From an uncultured Chloroflexia bacterium (GTDB lineage Bacteria; Chloroflexota; Dormibacteria; Aeolococcales; Aeolococcaceae): a stretch of DNA of 64,000 nt. The stretch spans positions 400,025 to 464,024 of the forward strand of contig CAWJVN010000007.1 in assembly GCA_963846365.1 (NCBI GenBank), given 5' to 3'. Below are positions 38,098-47,078 of the stretch, one piece after another (position 1 is the first letter of the stretch; each line of letters starts with the position of its first letter). Made by a program: the position numbers and the translations under genes. The notes beneath the pieces are model-generated. The model did not search any database. It saw only the letters and a list, made by a program, of their open reading frames with translations, and was not told where the DNA came from.

Positions 38098-38363
38098 CGG
38101 GTGCCTCCCGCCTCGGCATGGCGGCGGCTGCGCCGGCTCACGTACTCCTCGGGGACGGGGTCGTAGCCGCACCCGCCCCAGGGGTTGCACCGGCCGATCC
38201 GCCGCACCGCCATCCACCAGCCCCGCCGCCAGCCGAACCGCTCGATGGCGGTGTAGCCGTACTCGGAGCAGGTGGGCGTGAAGCGGCACCCGCTCATCAG
38301 CGCGAAGAGCGGGCCGAGGGTCACTCGGTAGAGGCGGATGAGAAGGAGGCTCACTCGGGTCAT
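38094..38363 (-). CDS. yidD: Membrane protein insertion efficiency factor YidD
   Basis: LIRLYRVTLGPLFALMSGCRFTPTCSEYGYTAIERFG; canonical. Confidence 0.9.
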   Translation of the reverse strand: MTRVSLLLIRLYRVTLGPLFALMSGCRFTPTCSEYGYTAIERFGWRRGWWMAVRRIGRCNPWGGCGYDPVPEEYVSRRSRRHAEAGGTR

Positions 38364-38848
38364 GGCGATGCGGGGCGGCTCCCCCCAGGATCGACCCGGC
38401 CGGGCCGGGCGCTGCCGCCGCCACCGCGATTGTCCCTCAGGGCGCGCTCCGATGCGGCGCGACCACCCCCCTCGTTCCGAGTCGTGGCCCGGGCGTCACC
38501 GCGCCGCAGCCGCGCCCGGGCGCCGGCGAGACAGGAGTCGAGGTCGGCGGCGAGCAACTCCCACGGGCACGAGGCCGCGGCGACGCCCGCGGACAGGACC
38601 ACGTCGACGCCGGCGAGGGCCTCGATCCGGGGTCGCATCAGGGCGCGGAGCCGGCGGCGAACCCGGTTGCGGACCACCGCGCCGCCCACCGCGCGGGGCA
38701 CCACGAAGCCCACCCGCGCGACGCCGGCGAGGTTGGGGGCGACCTGCACCCGCAGCGGACCGGCGGACGACGAGGCCCGCCGCTCGCGGACGGCGGCGAA
38801 GGCACCGCCGCCGCGGAGGCGATGGCGCCGGCTCACCGCGAGGCTCAC
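38360..38848 (-). CDS. rnpA: RNase P protein component
   Basis: ...[19 protein letters not shown]...VDVVLSA; start (GTG) approximate, overlapping the rpmH stop. Confidence 0.6.
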   Translation of the reverse strand: MSLAVSRRHRLRGGGAFAAVRERRASSSAGPLRVQVAPNLAGVARVGFVVPRAVGGAVVRNRVRRRLRALMRPRIEALAGVDVVLSAGVAAASCPWELLAADLDSCLAGARARLRRGDARATTRNEGGGRAASERALRDNRGGGGSARPGRVDPGGSRPASP

Positions 38849-39054
38849 CGAACGGGCGCGGGCGTCAGCAGCTTGCGGCCCTTGCGGCGCCGCGCCTTGA
38901 GCACCTGTCGCCCCCCGGGCGAGGACATCCGGATGCGGAAGCCATGGGTCTTCCGGCGGTAGCGCTTCTTCGGCTGGTACGTGCGCTTGATGGGAGTGCT
39001 CTCCGTCGATCGATGCCGCCCAGGACGGGGGCGCGTACAGCGCCGCTTCCGCAC
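38845..39054 (-). CDS. rpmH: 50S ribosomal protein L34; the conserved core begins at IKRTYQPKK, so the true start may be internal and non-canonical
   Basis: ...[43 protein letters not shown]; GGAGAG lies about 8 nt upstream of the ATC codon for I. Confidence 0.8.
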   Translation of the reverse strand: MRKRRCTRPRPGRHRSTESTPIKRTYQPKKRYRRKTHGFRIRMSSPGGRQVLKARRRKGRKLLTPAPVR

Positions 39055-39285
39055 CGGGGGTGGGGCCCCGGGAGTATAGCAGCGACCCGTTGCGAGGGGC
39101 CGTCGAGAGCCACGAGCGCACCCTCCGCGGCAGGCTCGCCTACCGCGCCGGACAACGCGAATCCGGGGCCGGACCGAAACGTTGTGACCCCCCCTGCCCG
39201 TTGTTAGACTTCGCGTTCACTCCACCGGGTTGCCGGCTCCCGAGGTGCACAACAGTTCGATTCGCACCCGGTGGAACAACGCGTT

Positions 39286-39335
39286 TTATCCACGGATGTG
39301 GACAGATTGTGGGAAACACCCACAAGGGTGATGGA
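39286..39335 (+). promoter_or_regulatory. DnaA-box cluster upstream of dnaA (TTATCCACG, TGTGGACAG, TGTGGGAAAC, CCCACAAGG)
   Basis: Read directly: gcgTTTTATCCACGgaTGTGGACAgatTGTGGGAAACaCCCACAagg. Confidence 0.6.
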
Positions 39336-39411
39336 GCACTCACCCGCGCTCTTCTCGACACGCGCGACGGACAGTTCGCCGCCATACACCCGGGGATCAA
39401 GGGGACGTTCC

Positions 39412-40827
39412 GTGGACATCAAGTTCCGGTCTGGGGGAGAGGCGACGGTCCCCGCCGATGCGCAGCAGATCTGGCTGGCCGCGCTCGAGGAGCTGCGCTT
39501 CCAGCTCACCCGTCCCGGGTACGAGACCTGGCTGCGCAACGCGGTCCTGCTCGACTGCCCGGACGGGCGCACCTTCACCATCGGCGTCCCCACCCGGCTG
39601 GCGCGTGACTGGTTGATCGAGCGCTACTCGCCGGTGATCCGCGAGACCCTCTCGGAGCTCACCACCCGCGACTGCGAGGTGATCATCACCGTCGACCCAG
39701 CCTCGACGCCGCCGCCCGACGAGCCCTCCCCGCTCCCCGACGACATCCCGGGCACGATCTCGGACAGCCTCGACGCCCAGACCACCGGGTCGAGCGTGGC
39801 CCGGCTCAACCCCAGCTTCACCTTCTCCGCGTTCGTGGTCGGCAACTCCAGCCGCTTCGCCCACGCCGCCTGCCGCGCCGTGGCCGCGGCGCCGGGCAAG
39901 GCCTACAACCCCCTCTTCCTCTATGGAGGGGTCGGGCTGGGCAAGACCCACCTGATGCACGCGATCGGGCACGCGGTGCGCGAGGGCCACGTGCGCCGGC
40001 CTCCGAAGGTCGCCTACGTGACCTCGGAGAAGTTCATGAACGAGATGATCGCGTCGATCCAGGAGAACCGGACCCACGACTTCCGCACCCGCTACCGCAC
40101 CGTGGACGTCCTCCTCATCGACGACATCCAGTTTCTGGCAGGAAAGGACAGAACTCAGGAGGAGTTCTTCCACACGTTCAACGCGCTGCACGAGGTGCAG
40201 AAGCAGATCGTGATCAGCAGCGACCGGCCTCCGAAGGACATCCCCACCCTCGAGGAGCGACTGAAGAGCCGGTTCGAGTGGGGGCTGATCGCCGACATCC
40301 AGCCGCCCGACTTCGAGACCCGCCTCGCCATCCTCAACAGCAAGCTCGGCGCCAACGGCCGGCTGGTGCCCGACGAGGTCTGCTCCTTCATCGCGCACCG
40401 CATCCAGAAGAACATCCGCGAGCTCGAGGGCGCGCTGATCCGGGTGCTCGCCCACGCCTCGCTGGCGGGGCAGCCGGTGACCCTGGAGAGCGCCACCAGG
40501 ATCCTCCGCGACATCCTGCCGGACGACGCCGGCGCGCCCCCCAGCGTCGACCTCATCCAGGAGACGGTGGCCGCCTACTACAGCATCCCGCTCGAGGAGA
40601 TGAAGGGACGGCGCCGCGACAAGCACATCGTCTTCCCCCGCCAGGTGGCGATGTTCCTGATCCGCGAGGAGACCGCCTCCTCGCTGCCCGCCATCGGCCA
40701 GGCCTTCGGCGGCAAGGACCACACCACCGTCCTCCACGCCTACGAGAAGATCCTCGAGCTGAGCCGGGAGGACGCCCGGCTGCAGAGCGACCTGCGCCAG
40801 ATCCGCGACCGCCTGCATGCGCGCTGA
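39412..40827 (+). CDS. dnaA: Chromosomal replication initiator DnaA
   Basis: GKAYNPLFLYGGVGLGKTHLMHAIG (Walker A), LLIDDIQFLAGK (Walker B), C-terminal domain IV (VAMFLIRE...HTTVLHAYEKI). GTG start in frame; the track ORF begins at 39271. Confidence 0.9.
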   Translation: MDIKFRSGGEATVPADAQQIWLAALEELRFQLTRPGYETWLRNAVLLDCPDGRTFTIGVPTRLARDWLIERYSPVIRETLSELTTRDCEVIITVDPASTPPPDEPSPLPDDIPGTISDSLDAQTTGSSVARLNPSFTFSAFVVGNSSRFAHAACRAVAAAPGKAYNPLFLYGGVGLGKTHLMHAIGHAVREGHVRRPPKVAYVTSEKFMNEMIASIQENRTHDFRTRYRTVDVLLIDDIQFLAGKDRTQEEFFHTFNALHEVQKQIVISSDRPPKDIPTLEERLKSRFEWGLIADIQPPDFETRLAILNSKLGANGRLVPDEVCSFIAHRIQKNIRELEGALIRVLAHASLAGQPVTLESATRILRDILPDDAGAPPSVDLIQETVAAYYSIPLEEMKGRRRDKHIVFPRQVAMFLIREETASSLPAIGQAFGGKDHTTVLHAYEKILELSREDARLQSDLRQIRDRLHAR

Positions 40828-40829
40828 GC

Positions 40830-41086
40830 ACCGGGCGGACGAGGCTGTGGACTCCGGCGGGAGCCAGCCGTGGGAAACCCCCCGCGACCTCCACACTGTG
40901 GGCGGCCACCGGCATCCCGCCCCGCCGTCCCCAGCCTCTCCCGCCCCCCGGGACCGGGGTTCGATCGGGTGGGACGGGGTTATCCCCGCTGTGCACCCCT
41001 CTACTGGGACGACTGAATACATACACCACTCCTGAGAAGGAACCGCCCTGGTGACAACCGCCTCGCCCATCACCGAGAGCACCCTC
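40830..41086 (+). promoter_or_regulatory. Putative oriC: dnaA-dnaN intergenic region with DnaA-box-like motifs and an AT-richer segment
   Basis: TGTGGACTC, CGTGGGAAAC, TGTGGGCGG, GTTATCCCC, TGTGCACCC, then ACTGAATACATACACCACTCCTGAGAAGGA just before dnaN. Confidence 0.5.
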
Positions 41087-42205
41087 ATGAAGTGCACCGT
41101 CTCCCCCACCGCCGTGGCCGCCGCCCTCAGCCTGGTGTCGCGCGCCGTCTCACCCCGGTCGACGCTGCCCATCCTCAGCAACGTCCTGCTGGAGACCACC
41201 GGCGAGGGCCTGCGGCTCACCGCCACCAACCTCGACCTCACGATCACCACCACGGTGCCCGCCGAGGTGGTGCGGGAGGGACGGGTCACCGTGCCCGCCC
41301 GGCTGGTGACGGAGTACGTCGCCTCCCTCGCCGAGGCGCCGTGCACCCTGGAGCTCGACCCCGCAACCCAGGTGCTGCGGATCACCTGCGGCATCCACCG
41401 CACCAACATCCACGGCATCGACGCGGTCGAGTTCCCGCCGCTGCCGGCGCGGGACGCCGAGGCGGCGGTGATCCTCGACGCTCAGACCCTGGACGCGGCG
41501 ATCGGGCAGACGGCGGTGGCGGCGAGCACCGACGAGGCGCGTCCGGTGCTCACCGGGGTGCTGCTCCAGCTCGAGGGCGACGGGGTGACCCTCGCGGCCA
41601 CCGACGGTCACCGGCTGGCGGTGCGGAAGCTGACCCGGCAGGGCGAGGGCGAGGCGCCGGCCACCAGCGTGATCGTGCCGGCGCGGCACCTGGGCGAGGT
41701 CGCCCGTGCGATCACCGCGGCGCGGCCCTCGGTGGAGGTGACGCTGTCGGCGTCGCGCAACCACATCTTCTTCACGATGCGCGACGTGGAGGTGTCCTCC
41801 CGGCTGATCGAGGGCGCGTATCCGAACTACGCCCAGGTCATCCCCGCCTCCCAGAGCACCACCGTGACCCTGTCGTCGGCAACCCTGCTCCGGGAGACCC
41901 GCACCGCCTCGATCCTCGCCAAGGACGCCGCCAACGTGGTGCGCCTGGCCACCGGCGCGGGCACCCTCACCCTCCACGCCCAGACCGCCGAGGTGGGCGA
42001 CGACGAGGCCCCGCTGGCGGCCACGGTGGTCGGTGAGGGGGTGCAGATCGCCTTCAACGCCCGCTACGTGCTCGACGCCCTCGGGGTGATCGACAGCGAG
42101 GAGGTGGCGCTGGGCTTCAACGGACCGCTCTCCCCCGGGGTGATCCGGCCGGTGGGCCGCGACGACTACCTGTACATCGTGATGCCCGTCCGGGTCCCGA
42201 TGTAG
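41087..42205 (+). CDS. dnaN: DNA polymerase III beta sliding clamp
   Basis: MKCTVSPTAVAAALSLVSRAV...STLPILSNVLLET...LRLTATNLDL; three-domain clamp. Confidence 0.9.
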   Translation: MKCTVSPTAVAAALSLVSRAVSPRSTLPILSNVLLETTGEGLRLTATNLDLTITTTVPAEVVREGRVTVPARLVTEYVASLAEAPCTLELDPATQVLRITCGIHRTNIHGIDAVEFPPLPARDAEAAVILDAQTLDAAIGQTAVAASTDEARPVLTGVLLQLEGDGVTLAATDGHRLAVRKLTRQGEGEAPATSVIVPARHLGEVARAITAARPSVEVTLSASRNHIFFTMRDVEVSSRLIEGAYPNYAQVIPASQSTTVTLSSATLLRETRTASILAKDAANVVRLATGAGTLTLHAQTAEVGDDEAPLAATVVGEGVQIAFNARYVLDALGVIDSEEVALGFNGPLSPGVIRPVGRDDYLYIVMPVRVPM

Positions 42206-42217
42206 GGCGGCGGCGGC

Positions 42218-42562
42218 TCAGCGGGTTCCGGGGGTCGGGCCGCCGTCGAGGGCGCGGAAGCGCAGCCGCTTGACCACCTCGCCGCCGAGGTGCTCGTTGA
42301 GCGACGCGATCAGCCGGGGCGAGTCGAGCTGGAGCTGGTGGGCGAGGGCGCCGTGGGCGGTGGCGATGGTGAGCACCCCGCGGTCGAGGCCGGCGGGGCG
42401 GCAGAGCGGGGCGAGGTGGGATCCCACCAGCACGGCGAGGACGTCGTCGAGCTGGGCGTCGCGGACCTTCCGGCTGATCCCCATCCGGCGCAGGGCCGGC
42501 CAGACGATCGCGTCGAGGCGCTGCTCCGCGGGACGCCGGCCGGGCTCGGCCTCCAAGCTCAT
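42218..42562 (-). CDS. dciA: DUF721/DciA-like protein (replicative-helicase operator candidate)
   Basis: About 114 aa, ...VVKRLRFR... C-terminus; conserved position next to recF at the origin. Confidence 0.6.
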   Translation of the reverse strand: MSLEAEPGRRPAEQRLDAIVWPALRRMGISRKVRDAQLDDVLAVLVGSHLAPLCRPAGLDRGVLTIATAHGALAHQLQLDSPRLIASLNEHLGGEVVKRLRFRALDGGPTPGTR

Positions 42563-43743
42563 GCCGCCGACCCGCCCTCGACGGCCACCGCGGGGGCGCC
42601 GTCGACCCGGCCCGCCGCCACGGAGAGGTGGCGCACCCGGTCGCTGCCGAGGGCGAGGCCGGCGGGGTCGGTGGTGGTGAGCACGGTCTGCAGCGAGGTG
42701 CCGGCGCCGAGAGCGCGGAGCAGGCGCTCGCGGCGCAGCGAGTCGAGCTCGCTGAGCACGTCGTCGAGGAGCAGCACCGGCGCGGTGCCGAGCAGGGCGG
42801 TGAGGTGGCGCACCTCGGCGAGCTTGCAGGCGAGCACCAGGCTGCGCTGCTGGCCCTGGCTGGCAGCCGCCCTCGCCGGGCGGCCGTCGAGGAGCACGTC
42901 GACGTCGTCGCGGTGGGGGCCGGCCACGGTGACCCCACGGGCGAGCTCCTCGGCACGGCGTGCCTCCAGCGACCCGGCCAGCCACGCCGAGGCGTCCTCG
43001 GCGGTGGCCGGCGGGTCGCCGTCCAGCCCCTCGGCGCGGTAGCGGAGGTCGAGCTGCTCGCGGCCGTCGCTGATCTCTCCCAGGGCGGCGGCGGCGAGCG
43101 GGGCGAGGGCCTCGACGAGCCGCAGGCGGGCGACCAGCACCGTGCCCGCGGAGCGGGTCAGCTCGGCGGTGAAGCCGGGCAGCGGCGCCGCGCTGGCCTG
43201 GCCCAGGCGCACCTGGCGGAGGAGCGCGTTGCGCTGCTCGAGCACCCGCCGGTAGCGGACCATCTCGGCGGCGGCGCGCGGATCGGTCTGGGCGACGACC
43301 ATGTCGAGGAGGCGGCGCCGTCCCTCCGGGGCGCCCTTGACCAGGAGCAGGTCCTCGGGCCAGAAGAGCACCACCGGGCACACGCCGAGCACCGCCCGGG
43401 CGGCCCGGGGCACGCCGTCGACGGTGACGGTGCGCACCATCGCTCCCTGGCCGGCCGGACGCTGCAGCCGCAGGTCGATGACGGTGGGGCCGTCGGGCCG
43501 CTGCACCAGGGCGCGCACCCGGGCGGCGTCGCTGCCCCAGCGCACCAGCTCGGCGGCGGAGGCGGCGCGCGGTGAGCGGGTGAGCGCGGCGGTGGCGAGG
43601 GCCTCGAGCAGGTTGGTCTTGCCCTGGGCGTTGGGACCGGAGACGACGTTCAGCCCGGGGCCGAGCTCGACGGTCTGGTCGGCGTAGTTGCGGAAGCAGA
43701 AGAGGCGGAGCTCGTCGACGCGGCAGGCGGGGGCTGTGCTCAC
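42559..43743 (-). CDS. recF: DNA replication and repair protein RecF
   Basis: LNVVSGPNAQGKTNLLEAL (Walker A) ... SQGQQRSLVLACKLAE ... LLLDDVLSELD. Confidence 0.9.
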   Translation of the reverse strand: MSTAPACRVDELRLFCFRNYADQTVELGPGLNVVSGPNAQGKTNLLEALATAALTRSPRAASAAELVRWGSDAARVRALVQRPDGPTVIDLRLQRPAGQGAMVRTVTVDGVPRAARAVLGVCPVVLFWPEDLLLVKGAPEGRRRLLDMVVAQTDPRAAAEMVRYRRVLEQRNALLRQVRLGQASAAPLPGFTAELTRSAGTVLVARLRLVEALAPLAAAALGEISDGREQLDLRYRAEGLDGDPPATAEDASAWLAGSLEARRAEELARGVTVAGPHRDDVDVLLDGRPARAAASQGQQRSLVLACKLAEVRHLTALLGTAPVLLLDDVLSELDSLRRERLLRALGAGTSLQTVLTTTDPAGLALGSDRVRHLSVAAGRVDGAPAVAVEGGSAA

Positions 43744-44969
43744 CGCACCCCGCTGGTGGACCGGGCCGACAGCAGTGCGATCAGCCGGGCGGTGGCGGCG
43801 GCGGCGTGGGGACGGGCGATGCCGGCGAGCGCCTCGCGCATCGCCAGCAGCCCGGTCGACCCGGGACGCACCAGCTCGGCGACGGCGTCGACCAGGGCAC
43901 CGTCACCGGGGACGTGGCGGCCGGCGCCGACGGTGACGACGAGGTCGACGTTGCCGCGTTCCTGCCCGGGCAGGTGGGAGGTGATCAGCAGCGGCACCCC
44001 CGCGCAGAGCGCCTCGGTGATCGTCGCCGGACCCGCCTTGCTCACCAGCAGGTCGCTGGCGCGCAGCCACTCCGCCATGTTGGGCACGAAGCCCTCGACG
44101 TGGACGCTGGTCGGCGGCCGCGGCTCGAGCGCGAGCAGCCGCTCGCGCACCGCCGTGTTCCGGCCGCAGATCACCACCAGCTGGAGGTCGAGCCCGGCGG
44201 CGCAGATCGCCCGGGCGCGGCGGAGCAGCCCGCCCGAGCCCTCGCCACCGCCGGCGAGCAGCACCGTGCGCCGGCCCGGGTCGAGCCCCAGCCGGCGGCG
44301 CAGCTCGCGCCGCTCGACCGCGGTCGGCGGCCGCATCGTGAAGCTCTCGTCGACCGGCATCCCGAGGTCGAAGCAGCGGTCGGCGTCGATGCCCGCGGCG
44401 CGGATGCGGCTGAGCGCGGCCGCCGAGGGGGTGACGATGGCGTCGATGTCGTCGCAGATCCAGGCGGAGTGGACGTCGACCAGGTCGGTGATCACCGTGA
44501 TCAGCGGGATCGCCGGCCCGGTGCGGCGCTGCAGCACCCGGGCGGCGGCGTGGTTCACCAGCGGGTGGAACGACACCACCGCACTCGGGGCGTGGGCGTC
44601 GATCAGCTCGGTGAGCCCTGGCTCGAGCAGCCGCAGCACGGTGGCACGGAGCGCAGCCACCGCGGGGCGCGAGTTGCTGGCGTGGAAGAGCGCGCCCCAG
44701 AGCGGGGGGAGGTGGCGGATCAGCGGCGAGTAGAGGCCGACGGTCCAGCCCACCGGCCGCGGCGCCGCGTGGACGAAGGGGTCGAGGAGGTGGGGGGCGG
44801 GCGCGTCGGGGAGGCGCAGCAGCTCGCGGGCCACCGCCTGGGCGCTGGCGCGGTGACCGCCGCCGGTGTCGGCGAGCAGGAGCAGGACGGTGCGCGGAGG
44901 GCTCGGCGGCCGCGGCGGCGCGCTCGGGGCGGACTCCGAGGAGGCGGCGGTCACGGGGGCGTCGGGCAT
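43740..44969 (-). CDS. GT28-family glycosyltransferase (MGDG-synthase/UgtP-like)
   Basis: LLLADTGGGHRASAQAV... N-terminal glycine-rich motif and C-terminal ...GPATITEALCAGVPLL... Confidence 0.7.
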   Translation of the reverse strand: MPDAPVTAASSESAPSAPPRPPSPPRTVLLLLADTGGGHRASAQAVARELLRLPDAPAPHLLDPFVHAAPRPVGWTVGLYSPLIRHLPPLWGALFHASNSRPAVAALRATVLRLLEPGLTELIDAHAPSAVVSFHPLVNHAAARVLQRRTGPAIPLITVITDLVDVHSAWICDDIDAIVTPSAAALSRIRAAGIDADRCFDLGMPVDESFTMRPPTAVERRELRRRLGLDPGRRTVLLAGGGEGSGGLLRRARAICAAGLDLQLVVICGRNTAVRERLLALEPRPPTSVHVEGFVPNMAEWLRASDLLVSKAGPATITEALCAGVPLLITSHLPGQERGNVDLVVTVGAGRHVPGDGALVDAVAELVRPGSTGLLAMREALAGIARPHAAAATARLIALLSARSTSGVR

Positions 44970-44994
44970 GTGCGATACCCTACCTCCGAGGCCC

Positions 44995-46302
44995 ATGACC
45001 TTCGAGAGCAGGCGTCCCGACGGACCGAACAGCGCCCGCCGGGCAATCGCTGTGCTGACGATGCACGCCTCCCCGGTCGGGCGGCTGGGCAAGGGCGAGA
45101 ACGGGGGCATGAACCTCACCGTCCAGCAGCTCTGCGCCGGCCTCAGCGCGCGCGGCGTCCCCACCGACGTGTTCGTGCGCCGCGACGACCCCCACGCGGC
45201 GGCCGAGGAGCTGATCGCCCCCGGCAGCCGTCTGGTGCGGCTCGACGCCGGGGCCCCCGAGCCGCTCCCCAAGAGCCGCCTGGTCACCGAGCTTCCGCTC
45301 TTCACCCGCGCCCTGCTCGAGCACGTCGCCTCGGAGCGGCGCACCTACCGTCTGGTGCACTCGCACTACTGGCTCAGCGGCTGGGTGGCGCGCCGGGCCG
45401 CCCAGCAGTGGGCGGTGCCCTGGGTGCACTCGTTCCACACCCTGGCGCGGATGAAGGCCGCCGCGGGCATGCCCGACGAGCCCACCCGCGGCGAGGCCGA
45501 GCAGGTGATCGCCCGTGCCGCCGACCGGCTGGTGGCGATGAGCCCGGCCGAGGAGAGCGCGCTCGTCGACCTCTACGGCGTCGACCCCGACACGGTGTGC
45601 GTGGTGCCGCCGGGGGTGGACATGGAGCACTACCAGCCGCGCCCCACCGGCCGCACCCGTGCCCGCCTCGGCCTGCTCGACCGCCGGGTGGTGGTGTACG
45701 CCGGCCGCCTCGAGCGGCTGAAGGGGGCCGACCTCTTCATCGAGGCGGTGGCCGAGCTGCTCCGGATGCCCGGCACCGAGGACGTGGTGGCGCTGGTCTG
45801 CGGTGACGACAGCGGCGACGGCCGCCGTCAGTCGCGTCACGCCGGCGGCGAGCGCGGCCGCCTCGAGTCGCTGGTGCGCGAGCGCGGGCTCGAGGACCGG
45901 GTGCGCTTCCTCGGAGCGGTGCCGCCGAGCCGGCTCGCCGAGCTCTACGCCCTCGCCGAGGTCTGCGTGGTGCCCTCCCACACCGAGTCCTTCGGGCTGG
46001 TGGCGCTGGAGGCCCAGGCCTCGGGCACCCCGGTGGTGGCCGCCGCGGTCGGCGGCCTCGTCGAGGTGGTCGAGGACGGCGTCACCGGATTCCTGCTCGA
46101 GGGTCGCGACCCCGCCGCGTTCGCCGGCCGGATCGGCGAGCTGCTCGGCGACACCGCGCTCCGCGAGCGCATGGGCGCGGCGGCGCGGGAGCGGGCGGCC
46201 CGCTACACCTGGGACCGTTCGGTGGAGCGGCTGCTCGCCCTCTACGATTGCGTCGAGTACCCGGAGGCGGCCGGGACGCTCGAGACCTGCGGCTGCCTGT
46301 GA
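44995..46302 (+). CDS. GT4-family glycosyltransferase, MshA/BshA-like (retaining UDP-GlcNAc transferase type)
   Basis: IAVLTMHASPVGRLGKGENGGMNLTV... matches the MshA-type N-terminal motif; C-terminal E-x7-E region (HTESFGLVALEAQASGTPVVA). Start could also be 44968. Confidence 0.75.
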   Translation: MTFESRRPDGPNSARRAIAVLTMHASPVGRLGKGENGGMNLTVQQLCAGLSARGVPTDVFVRRDDPHAAAEELIAPGSRLVRLDAGAPEPLPKSRLVTELPLFTRALLEHVASERRTYRLVHSHYWLSGWVARRAAQQWAVPWVHSFHTLARMKAAAGMPDEPTRGEAEQVIARAADRLVAMSPAEESALVDLYGVDPDTVCVVPPGVDMEHYQPRPTGRTRARLGLLDRRVVVYAGRLERLKGADLFIEAVAELLRMPGTEDVVALVCGDDSGDGRRQSRHAGGERGRLESLVRERGLEDRVRFLGAVPPSRLAELYALAEVCVVPSHTESFGLVALEAQASGTPVVAAAVGGLVEVVEDGVTGFLLEGRDPAAFAGRIGELLGDTALRERMGAAARERAARYTWDRSVERLLALYDCVEYPEAAGTLETCGCL

Positions 46303-47078
46303 CCGGGCTGCGTCCCGCCGGAGCGCCGCCGCTCCGCACCGTCTTCCTCGACCTCGGCGACACCCTGATGTACATCCATCCCGACGTGCCCACGGTGTAC
46401 CTGGAGACCTGCAGGGAGCTGGGCCTCGAGGTCGAGCCGGCGGGGGTGGCGGCCGCCCTCCACGCCGGCGAGCGCCACTACCGCGAGGCGCTGCGCACCG
46501 GCCGCTCCTTCGAGTCGTCGATGGTCGACGCCCGCGCCTTCTGGCAGGAGTACAACCAGCTCATCCTCGGCGAGCTCGGCGCCGCCGGCGACACCGCGAC
46601 GATGGCCCGGACCCTCTCCGAGCGGTTCTGGTCGCCGCCCTCCTGGCGGGTGTTCCCCGAGGTGCACGAGGTGCTCGGCGCGCTCCGCACCGCGGGGGTG
46701 CAGCTCGCGGTGATCTCCAACTTCACCGACGCCCTCGTCGCCGTCTGCCGCACCCACGAGCTCGACGGCTACTTCGACTGCCTGGTGGCCTCCACCGTGA
46801 CCGGGTCCCAGAAGCCGGACGTCAGCATCTTCCACGAGGCGCTCCGCCGCACCGGCGCCGACCCCGAGACCAGCCTGCACGTCGGCGACAACTACGTCGC
46901 CGACGTGCTCGGCGCCCGCGCCGCCGGCATCGACGGGGTGCTCGTCGACCGCACCCGCCTCGGCGGCCGGGGCATGTTCGACTTCGCCCTGCGCGACGGC
47001 CTCGGCGGCAGCCGCGGCGTGGTGCTCGACTGCCCCGTGATCGGCGACCTCCGCGAGCTGCTGGCGCTGATCGACTGA
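46299..47078 (+). CDS. HAD-superfamily hydrolase (phosphatase-like), translationally coupled to the GT4 gene
   Basis: FLDLGDTLM (DxD motif I), ...VISNF... (motif II), GDNYVADVLGARAAG (motif IV); GTG overlaps the GT4 stop. Confidence 0.7.
   Translation: MTGLRPAGAPPLRTVFLDLGDTLMYIHPDVPTVYLETCRELGLEVEPAGVAAALHAGERHYREALRTGRSFESSMVDARAFWQEYNQLILGELGAAGDTATMARTLSERFWSPPSWRVFPEVHEVLGALRTAGVQLAVISNFTDALVAVCRTHELDGYFDCLVASTVTGSQKPDVSIFHEALRRTGADPETSLHVGDNYVADVLGARAAGIDGVLVDRTRLGGRGMFDFALRDGLGGSRGVVLDCPVIGDLRELLALID

Noticed and set aside
36288-38166. Plus-strand ORFs 36288-37214 and 36553-38166 (up to 537 aa)
   Set aside because: Antisense to jag and yidC; low-complexity translations; the minus-strand genes have strong family signatures.
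44980-45981. 333-aa minus-strand ORF and the 44866 start of the GT4 ORF
   Set aside because: Antisense shadow of the GT4 gene. The N-terminal 43 codons of the track ORF precede the conserved MshA-like N-terminus and overlap the divergent GT28 start.
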